This document shows positions 56,447-64,000 of a stretch of DNA of 64,000 nucleotides, piece by piece; positions within the stretch are counted from its first letter, which is position 1; each line of letters begins with the position of its first letter. This DNA is from an uncultured Alphaproteobacteria bacterium. GTDB lineage: Bacteria > Pseudomonadota > Alphaproteobacteria > Sphingomonadales > Sphingomonadaceae. The notes under the pieces were generated by a model. That model was given only the letters and a program-made list of their open reading frames with translations, ran no database searches and was not told the origin of the DNA. The stretch is from assembly GCA_963789305.1 (NCBI GenBank), contig CAWBKC010000005.1:284910-348909 (forward strand), given 5' to 3'. A program made the translations under genes and the position numbers.

Positions 56447-58216
56447 CTATTCTGCGCCGGAAAGACGGAGGACCGAATCGAGCCGCGGATCGTAGACGGC
56501 GGTCCAGCCATCTGGAGTGCGCAGCGCGCCATTGGTGCGGTACAGGAAATCACTGGTCACGATATCGGTATGGCCCAGCGCATTCAGCTGGGGGATTGCC
56601 GCCTGCAGCCAGCTGTTCTCTTCCACGATGACGCGGGTTCCGAAGCCCATGATCATCGGCTGTGCCAGTGCTTCGCGCAGGGGGAGGCCGAAATCGATTA
56701 CGCCCACGATGGCGCGGGCAGTCTGGATCGGGATGGTCGGTCCACCGGCCGCTCCGACCGCGAGGAAAGGCTTGCCTTCGGGGTCGTAGATAACGGTCGG
56801 CGACATCGAACTACGGGGTCGCTTGCCGCCCTCGACCCTGTTGGCCACGGGCACGCCATCCCGCTCGGGCCGGAAGCTGAAATCGGTCAGCTCGTTGTTG
56901 AGGTAGAACCCGCCATACATCAGGCCCGACCCGAAGGCGCCTTCGATGGTCGAGGTGTAGCTGACCATGGTCCCGTCTGGCCCGATAGCGACAAAGTGCG
57001 TCGTGCCGCTTTCCGGATAATGGCCGCCGATCGCGCGGGCCTGCGTTGCGCCCGGCGGCGTTCCCGGCGCGAAATCATCGCTCCGCTTTGCGGGATCGAG
57101 CAAGAGCGAGCGCCCGGCAAGATAGGCCGGATCGATCAGCCCCTTCACCGGCACATCCACGAAATCGGCATCGCCTGTGTAAAGCTCGCGGTCGGTGTAG
57201 GCGAGGCGCTGCGATTCAAGGAACAGGTGCCAGGCCTCGACCGAGCGCGGCCCCATGGCCGCAAGATCGAAGCGTTCCAGCTGGCCCAGCATCTGCAGGA
57301 CGGCGATGCCGCCCGAAGACGGTGGGCCCATGCCGCAAATGCGATAGCCGCGATATTTACCGCATACGGCCCCGCGCACGGCGGGCTCGTATGTTTCGAC
57401 ATCTTTTGCCGTCATACCGGCGGGACGCGGGGTATCCGCCGCGACATGAGCGGCCAGCCCCGCGGCGAAATCTCCACTGTAAAAACTGCCGGGTCCCTCG
57501 GCAGCCAGCTTGGTCAGCGTCGCGGCAAGTTCCGGCTGGCGGATCGTCGTGCCGACTGCCTTGGGCGTGCCGTCGGCGTTGAAAAAGGTTTCGCGGGCTT
57601 TCGGGTCATAGCCGGCGCGGTCGAGCCGGCCCTCCAGGACGGTGACGAGCCGCGGGTTGACGACAAAGCCGTCACGCGCAAGCCGGATGGCCGGTTCGAC
57701 CAGCGTCGCCCAAGGGAGCTTCCCGTGCCGCTCATGCGCCAGCTTTGCCAGCGCGACATTGCCCGGTACGCCCACGCTCAGGCCGCTGATGGTCGCTTCC
57801 TCGCCGGGGAGCGGATTGCCTTCGCTGTCGAGGAACCAGTCCGGCGTGGCAGCGGACGGTGCCTTTTCGCGCCCGTCATAGGTAATGACCTCGCCATCGG
57901 GCGAGCCGCGAACGAAGAAGCCGCCGCCGCCAATGCCCGAGCTTTGCGGCTCCACCACGGTCAGGGCCAGCATGATCGCGATGGCGGCATCGGTTGCCGT
58001 GCCGCCAGCCGCGAGAATTTCCTCTCCCGCTGCGGTAGCGCGGAAATCGGCGGTCGCCACAACGCCCTTGGCGATATCTTGCGCCGTGGCCGCTTGCGGC
58101 TGCGGTGGCAGCGGTTGCGGCAGCTCCTGCGGCGCGGGGGCCGGACTATCGTATGCGGTGGCGCAGGCCGCCAATGCGAGGGGTGACAGGGCGGCGAGCA
58201 GGATGCGTGCGTTCAT
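56447..58216 (-). CDS. ggt: Gamma-glutamyltransferase (lipoprotein)
   Basis: EPQSSGIGGG, DGREKAP, GTTH nucleophile, LNNELTDF, KRPRSSMSPT. Confidence 0.95.
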   Translation of the reverse strand: MNARILLAALSPLALAACATAYDSPAPAPQELPQPLPPQPQAATAQDIAKGVVATADFRATAAGEEILAAGGTATDAAIAIMLALTVVEPQSSGIGGGGFFVRGSPDGEVITYDGREKAPSAATPDWFLDSEGNPLPGEEATISGLSVGVPGNVALAKLAHERHGKLPWATLVEPAIRLARDGFVVNPRLVTVLEGRLDRAGYDPKARETFFNADGTPKAVGTTIRQPELAATLTKLAAEGPGSFYSGDFAAGLAAHVAADTPRPAGMTAKDVETYEPAVRGAVCGKYRGYRICGMGPPSSGGIAVLQMLGQLERFDLAAMGPRSVEAWHLFLESQRLAYTDRELYTGDADFVDVPVKGLIDPAYLAGRSLLLDPAKRSDDFAPGTPPGATQARAIGGHYPESGTTHFVAIGPDGTMVSYTSTIEGAFGSGLMYGGFYLNNELTDFSFRPERDGVPVANRVEGGKRPRSSMSPTVIYDPEGKPFLAVGAAGGPTIPIQTARAIVGVIDFGLPLREALAQPMIMGFGTRVIVEENSWLQAAIPQLNALGHTDIVTSDFLYRTNGALRTPDGWTAVYDPRLDSVLRLSGAE

Positions 58217-58227
58217 GCCGCGCAGGG

Positions 58228-59269
58228 CTATTGTGTTCCGACCGCCTCGGCAATGGTCGAAAAGCCATCGCGCTTCATCAGTGCCTTCACACCGCGATTG
58301 ATTTTGCGCGCGATGCCCGGGCCTTCATAGACCATCGCACTGTATAGCTGGACCAGGCTGGCGCCCGCGCGAATACGCTCCCACGCATCATCGGCAGACG
58401 AAATCCCGCCGACACCGATCAGCGGAATGTCGCCGCCGGTCGCCGTGCGGAAGTCGCGCACACGCTGAAGGGCCAGATCCTTTAGCGGCGCGCCCGACAG
58501 GCCGCCGGCTTCGTCGCGGTCCGGCGAGAGCAGTGTCGGTCTCGAAATCGTCGTGTTGGAGACGATGAGCGCGGACAGCCGGGACTGCAGAGCAATGCGG
58601 GATATGGCGTCGATGTCGGCCGGCTCCAGATCGGGCGCGACCTTGAGGAAGACGGGCGGCGGCGATGCGCCGCCCTCGTCCAGTGCGCCGAAGACGGCAT
58701 CGACAAGGCCGGTGAGCGCGCTTTCGTCCTGCAATGCGCGCAGGCCGGGCGTGTTCGGGCTGGAAATGTTGATCGTCAGGTAATCGCCCAGCGGCGCCAT
58801 CAGGCGGGCCATCCGGGCGTAATCGTCGATTCGGTCCGCCGAGTCCTTGTTTGCGCCGATATTCACGCCAACGATGCCGCCGCGTCCGGCGCGTTTCACC
58901 AAACGCTGCGCGACCCGCGCGCCTCCGGCATTGTTGAACCCCATGCGGTTGATGACCGCCCGGTCGCGGACCAGCCGGAACAGGCGCGGCTTGGGATTTC
59001 CGCTTTGCGGCAGGGGCGTGACGGAACCGATCTCGACATGACCGAAGCCCATGCCGAGCAGCGCATCGGGTACTTCTGCATCCTTGTCGTATCCGGCAGC
59101 CACGCCGACCGGATTGGGGAACCGGATATTTGCGATTTCGCATTCCAGCGCTGGATCGGCCGATCTCGGTGCACGCATTGGAAGTTTCGAGCAGGCCCGC
59201 GATGGAAAGGCGATGTGCCCGTTCCGGATCAAGGGTGAAAATTGCGGGCTTTATCAGGTCGAACAGCAT
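58228..59269 (-). CDS. pyrD: Quinone-dependent dihydroorotate dehydrogenase, apparent indel near 5' end
   Basis: [39 protein letters not shown]. Confidence 0.95.
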
Positions 59270-59399
59270 GACGGTGGCCGCTATGACCCACGTCCGACCG
59301 GACTGTCGAGCGGCACATCGCCGAACCCCGAATGTGCGACGAAGCGATGAATTACGGCGACATGTCGTTTCCGTACAATCAATTACCGATAGCGAATCA

Positions 59400-59504
59400 G
59401 TAGCACGACTCGAGCGACCCGAAGGGCTCTACAGCAGCGATGCCAGAGTTCTTTCCTTTCAGGGCGGCCCGTCAGAGCTACGGCTCGGGGCCGCCCCTTT
59501 TTTT
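59400..59504 (+). ncRNA. Putative small regulatory RNA or structured leader (5' end approximate)
   Basis: Hairpin 59412-59429, CU-rich single strand 59449-59460, terminator with cUACGg-capped stem and 7 T, with no + strand CDS upstream. Confidence 0.55.
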
Positions 59505-59631
59505 GCCATTTCCCCCTTATTTTGGCGGGCGAGTCCTTCGCTCCGGCGTTGATTGTCGCCTCTTGCCTCTGGTGCGCACGGCCCGCTTGCTGCATCACTC
59601 CTGCGAAATATGGATGAAGCGGGAGTGTGCG

Positions 59632-61482
59632 ATGAAGGCAGTATGGGCAATTGGTGTAGCCAGTTTGGCACTTGGCGGATGTGCAACGGTCGATGGCTAT
59701 GGCGGCAATGACGCCATGCCGGTCGCGGTTGCAGAGCCGGTAGCTCCTGAAACCGCGAGCCCCGTCAACGCATCGGCAATCGCTGCAGCCGAAGATATCG
59801 GAACCCTGTTCGAAGCGTACGACGCTGCATCGCTGGAGCTGTCTCCGGTCGGCAAGGCCTATCGCGGCATCCGTGACGAAGATTACGGCGAGTGGGGGGA
59901 TTTCTCCGACGCTGCCGAGCGGCAATCGTTCGAATTGCTGCAATTCACTGCCGAACAAATGCGCGGCAAGTTCGACCAGGACGATCTGTCGCCGCAGGAT
60001 GCACTCTCCTACCGCCTGTTCGAAGCGGTCGAGGACCGGCGCGCCTCGCTGTTTCCGTACCGCAATTACGGCTACATTTTCGATCAGATGAATGGCGCGC
60101 AGAGCCAGCTGCCTGCCTTTCTCATCAATATCCACCGCGTCACGAATGAAAGCGATGCGCGCGATTACATCAGCCGCATCAACGGCCTTGGTCCGGGCAT
60201 GAACGAACTGGTGTCGCAGTCACGCGAGCGTGCCGGCAACGGCGTGATGCCGCCCGACTGGGTCTACCCCTATGTCATTTCGGATGTCGAAAACCTGCTC
60301 TCCGCCGGGCTGGACAACGCCATCCTGGAAGATTTCGAAGAGAAAGTCGGCGCGCTGGAGCTGGACGATGCGGCAAAGGCTGCGCTGGTCGCACAGTCCG
60401 TCGCGGCTTGGGAAAGCTCGGCCCGCCCGGCCTATGAAGGTCTTCTCGCCGAGATGCGCCGTCAGCAGGCGATCGCGCCGACCGACGACGGCATCTGGCG
60501 GTTCGCCGACGGAGCGGATTACTACAAGGCGCTGCTCGCGAATTACACGACAACCGATCTGACCGCGGACGAAATCCACGCGATCGGACTGCGCGAGGTC
60601 GACCGTATTCACGGCGAGATGCGCAAAATCATGGCGCAGGTCGGCTTCGAGGGAAGCCTGCAGGACTTCTTCCAGTACACCCGCAATGACGACCGGTTCT
60701 TCTACACCGACCGTGAAACCTATCTGGCCGATGCGCAGGCCGCGATCGACAAGGTCGAGGCGGTCATGCCGGAATGGTTCGGCACGCTGCCGACCGATCC
60801 GCTGACGATCAAGCCGGTCGAGGCATTCCGCGAAAAAAGCGCAGGCAAGGCGTTCTATCAGCGTCCCGCGCCCGACGGCTCGCGCCCCGGCACCTATTAT
60901 GTGAACCTCTACAACCTTCGCGACATGTCGAAGAACGAGCTGGAGGCGCTCGCCTATCACGAAGGGCTTCCGGGCCATCACCTGCAGCTCTCGATCCAGA
61001 CGCAGCTCGGCGATGTCCCGCCGTTCCGCCGCTTCGGCGGGGTGACCGCCTATAGCGAAGGCTGGGGCCTGTATTCCGAGGAACTGGGCAAGGACATGGG
61101 CTTCTACACCGATCCCTATTCCGATTTCGGGCGCCTGGGGATGGAGCTGTGGCGTGCCTGCCGCCTGGTGGTCGACACCGGCCTCCATCACAAGCGGTGG
61201 ACCCGCGAGGAAGCGATTGCGTATCTCACCGAGAATACGCCCAACCCCGATGGCGACATTCGCAAGGCGATCGAACGGTATATCGTCTATCCGGGGCAGG
61301 CGACCGCGTACATGATCGGAAAATTGAAGATCATGGAACTCAGGAGCCGCGCACGCGCTGAATTGGGTGATGATTTCGACATCAGGGGATTTCACGATGT
61401 CATTCTGACGAGCGGGCCCGTCCCGCTGTCGATCATGGAAGAAAATGTCGATGCCTGGGTCGCATCACGGAAACGGAGTTAA
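59632..61482 (+). CDS. DUF885 family lipoprotein (putative metallopeptidase)
   Basis: Lipobox LGGC, HEGLPGHHLQ, EGWGLYSE, RLVVDTGLH, PGQATAY. Confidence 0.93.
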   Translation: MKAVWAIGVASLALGGCATVDGYGGNDAMPVAVAEPVAPETASPVNASAIAAAEDIGTLFEAYDAASLELSPVGKAYRGIRDEDYGEWGDFSDAAERQSFELLQFTAEQMRGKFDQDDLSPQDALSYRLFEAVEDRRASLFPYRNYGYIFDQMNGAQSQLPAFLINIHRVTNESDARDYISRINGLGPGMNELVSQSRERAGNGVMPPDWVYPYVISDVENLLSAGLDNAILEDFEEKVGALELDDAAKAALVAQSVAAWESSARPAYEGLLAEMRRQQAIAPTDDGIWRFADGADYYKALLANYTTTDLTADEIHAIGLREVDRIHGEMRKIMAQVGFEGSLQDFFQYTRNDDRFFYTDRETYLADAQAAIDKVEAVMPEWFGTLPTDPLTIKPVEAFREKSAGKAFYQRPAPDGSRPGTYYVNLYNLRDMSKNELEALAYHEGLPGHHLQLSIQTQLGDVPPFRRFGGVTAYSEGWGLYSEELGKDMGFYTDPYSDFGRLGMELWRACRLVVDTGLHHKRWTREEAIAYLTENTPNPDGDIRKAIERYIVYPGQATAYMIGKLKIMELRSRARAELGDDFDIRGFHDVILTSGPVPLSIMEENVDAWVASRKRS

Positions 61483-61494
61483 CAGGGGCAGGTT

Positions 61495-62413
61495 CTGGCC
61501 AGAGATGAAATTCCCAAGGAGGGCAAACCCTTCGAATTCGACTTCGCGCCTATTCCCGCGGAGCTGACGGGTTACGTCAACACGCTGTATACCTTCCGTT
61601 TCGAAGGCGAAGCGCTGGAGGATGTCATGCCGTCCTATTCGCCGCAGCTGATGCTGTTCGGGCGGGGTTCGGTATCGTCGGACTTTCCGGATGGCCGCGA
61701 GGGTCCTGCCGCCGGCGCGTTTTTCGTTACCCAGCTGGATCGGGCCGTCCCCTTCCGCGTGCATGGACCGGCTCAGATGGTCGGCGTTTCGCTCAACATG
61801 AAGGGCTGGGCCGCGCTGACCGGACTGCCGGTAGACAAGACGATCAACCGTATCCTGCGCGTCGATCAAACCTTGCCGGAGCAACGCGCCCGCGCTCTCT
61901 CGGCCACTGCCATGAAGTTGGGCCGGGGCGAATGTGACGGCAATGAAGCTGCGCGCGACGTAGCGGAGACTCTGGTCGCTGCGCTTCACGCCCTCGACCC
62001 TGAGCATGAGCGATTCATCGTCCGGATGCTCGAATGGCTTGGCGGTTCATTCAACCCGTCGCTCGGCGAGCTGCATGATTCGCTGCCAATGTCTCCGCGT
62101 ACCGTCCAGCGACTCTCGAACCGGTATTTCGGCCGTCCGCCGATCACGCTGGCAAAGCGCTACCGCGCGATCCGCGCGGCAACCTTTCTCTCCATGCCCG
62201 AAGTTCCCGAAGGCCTCGAAGCGCAGATCTACGACTCTTTCTACGATCAGGCGCATCTTATCCGCGATTTGAGGCGATATACAGGTCGCACGCCCAAACG
62301 TCTCGGCGGCGCGGGAGGAATCGCTCGGCGAGAAGACGCTGGACGTGAAAGGCTACGGGAACTCGGCCTTGTTCGACCGGATCGCGCAGGAAGAGGCCAG
62401 AGACAAGTCCTGA
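61495..62413 (+). CDS. AraC family transcriptional regulator; start (CTG?) and 3' end uncertain
   Basis: SPRTVQRLSNRYFG, FYDQAHLIRDLRRYTGRTP; coding-like frame extends upstream of ATG61627; probable indel near 62315. Confidence 0.82.
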
Positions 62414-62501
62414 GCCCGGGCGTTCGATGGGCGCTCCGAAGTGCTAACGACTCGCAACAAGGGATTTTGCGTTGAAAGGGCGGAATTGCGTGCATAGGTG
62501 A

Positions 62502-62524
62502 AATCGGAACGAAACAGTCCGATT
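62502..62524. promoter_or_regulatory. Inverted repeat, probable operator of the suf Rrf2 regulator
   Basis: AATCGGA-N9-TCCGATT, 14 nt before ATG. Confidence 0.6.
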
Positions 62525-62538
62525 AAGTTTTGAGCCCC

Positions 62539-62964
62539 ATGCGCCTGTCCAACCTCGCCGATTATGCCATCGTCACGATGTGCGCCGCGACCCGCCATTG
62601 CGGTGGTGGACGCGTGTCTGCGGGGGAACTGGCGCAAGAAACCGGCCTGCCTGTGCCTACGGTGCAGAAAATCGTCAGCAAGCTTTCGGCTGCAGGCCTG
62701 CTGCGCTCCGTTCGCGGGGCTGGCGGCGGCCTGCAACTGGCCCGCCCGGCGGCGGCGATCACGGTTGCCGACATCGTCGAGGCAATGGAGGGGCCGATTG
62801 CTCTTACCGCCTGTATCGACGGGTCGGACTGCGCGGTTGGCGACACCTGCACGGTGAAGCCGCATTGGCCGATGATCAACGAAGCATTGCGCGGCGCGCT
62901 GGCGGATATTCCGCTCGTCCAGCTCGCACAGTCCCAGCAATCAGCACCAAGAGAAATGGCATGA
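62539..62964 (+). CDS. SUF system Fe-S cluster assembly regulator (Rrf2 family)
   Basis: [29 protein letters not shown]; directly upstream of sufB. Confidence 0.93.
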   Translation: MRLSNLADYAIVTMCAATRHCGGGRVSAGELAQETGLPVPTVQKIVSKLSAAGLLRSVRGAGGGLQLARPAAAITVADIVEAMEGPIALTACIDGSDCAVGDTCTVKPHWPMINEALRGALADIPLVQLAQSQQSAPREMA

Positions 62965-64000
62965 CCGACACTCTCGACCTCAAGGACCAGCCCGCGGCCG
63001 ACGAGCCGGTAACGGATCAGGATGCGCGCGACGCTGCGGCGAAAGCTGCGGACTACGAGCATGGCTGGTCGTCCGACATCGAACAGGAATTCGCGCCCAA
63101 GGGCCTGAACGAAGACACCGTCCGTTTCATTTCCGGCAAGAAGAACGAGCCGGAATGGATGCTCGACTGGCGGCTGAAGGCGTTTCGCCTGTGGCAGACG
63201 ATGGAAGAGCCGAACTGGGCCAAGCTCGGCTATCCCAAGATCGATTATCAGGACGCGTATTATTACGCCGCGCCCACGAAGAAGATCGAGCTGGATTCGC
63301 TCGACGATCTCGATCCGGAGATAAAGCGGGTCTACGACAAGCTCGGCATTCCGCTTGGCGAGCAGGAAGTTCTCGCCGGGGTGAAGGGCGCGAAGAAAGT
63401 CGCCGTGGATGCGGTGTTCGACAGTGTCAGCGTCGCGACCACTTTCCGCGAGGAACTGAAGCGGGCAGGCGTGATCTTCCGCTCGATCTCCGAGGCGATT
63501 CGAAGGAATATCCCGACCTCGTGAAGAAGTGGCTCGGCAAGGTCGTGCCGCAGCGCGACAATTACTTCGCCACGCTCAACAGCGCGGTCTTCTCCGACGG
63601 TACGTTCGTCTACATTCCCGAAGGCGTGCGCTGCCCGATGGAGCTCAGCACCTATTTCCGCATCAATGCCGAGAATACCGGCCAGTTCGAGCGCACGCTG
63701 ATCGTGGCCGAGAAGGGCTCCTACGTGTCCTATCTCGAAGGCTGCACCGCGCCGATGCGCGACGAGAACCAGCTGCACGCCGCCGTGGTCGAACTGGTCG
63801 CGATGGAAGATGCGGAGATCAAATACTCGACCGTCCAGAACTGGTATCCCGGCGATGCCGAGGGCAAGGGCGGCATCTACAATTTCGTGACCAAGCGCGG
63901 CCTGTGCCAGGGCGCGCGGTCGCAAGATCAGCTGGACGCAGGTCGAAACCGGCAGCGCGGTGACGTGGAAATACCCGTCCTGCGTGCTCAACGGCGAAGA
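62961..64000 (+). CDS. sufB: Fe-S cluster assembly protein SufB (truncated by window end; apparent indels)
   Basis: [54 protein letters not shown]. Confidence 0.96.

Noticed and set aside
59440-59631. N-terminal extension of DUF885 from ATG59440
   Set aside because: It runs through the terminator hairpin; the lipoprotein signal with RBS begins at 59632.

Overview
High-GC alphaproteobacterial chromosome segment. Gene content and order point to Sphingomonadales, probably Erythrobacteraceae (inference). It is mostly core genome: GNAT/gamma-CA, DNA ligase plus exonuclease, clpA, trcR (DUF1013), M23 peptidase plus bactofilin, nadD-rsfS-rlmH-envC-ctpA-dsbB-coq7, a small polysaccharide/nucleotide-sugar locus, fabI, pdxH-fieF-phzF, mnmA/sciP, an RND pump with DUF445, etfBA, sucC, ompA, ggt, pyrD, DUF885 and the start of the suf operon. 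I saw no rRNA, tRNA, CRISPR array, IS, integrase or prophage. Many conserved genes are broken by small indels in patches (about 13-21 kb, 47.6-51 kb, 54-56 kb, 62-64 kb), which is best read as sequencing/consensus error, so coordinates there are approximate. Best leads: (1) an orphan FlbT-like gene and an atypical sigma70-family gene separated by a 3x14-bp repeat; (2) an unannotated structured sRNA-like element between pyrD and DUF885; (3) a serine hydrolase apparently split into two head-to-head genes; (4) an RND permease with an extra ~120-aa membrane insert; (5) five GANTC sites in 69 bp upstream of the M23-bactofilin operon. All family calls come from motif recognition by eye, not database searches.
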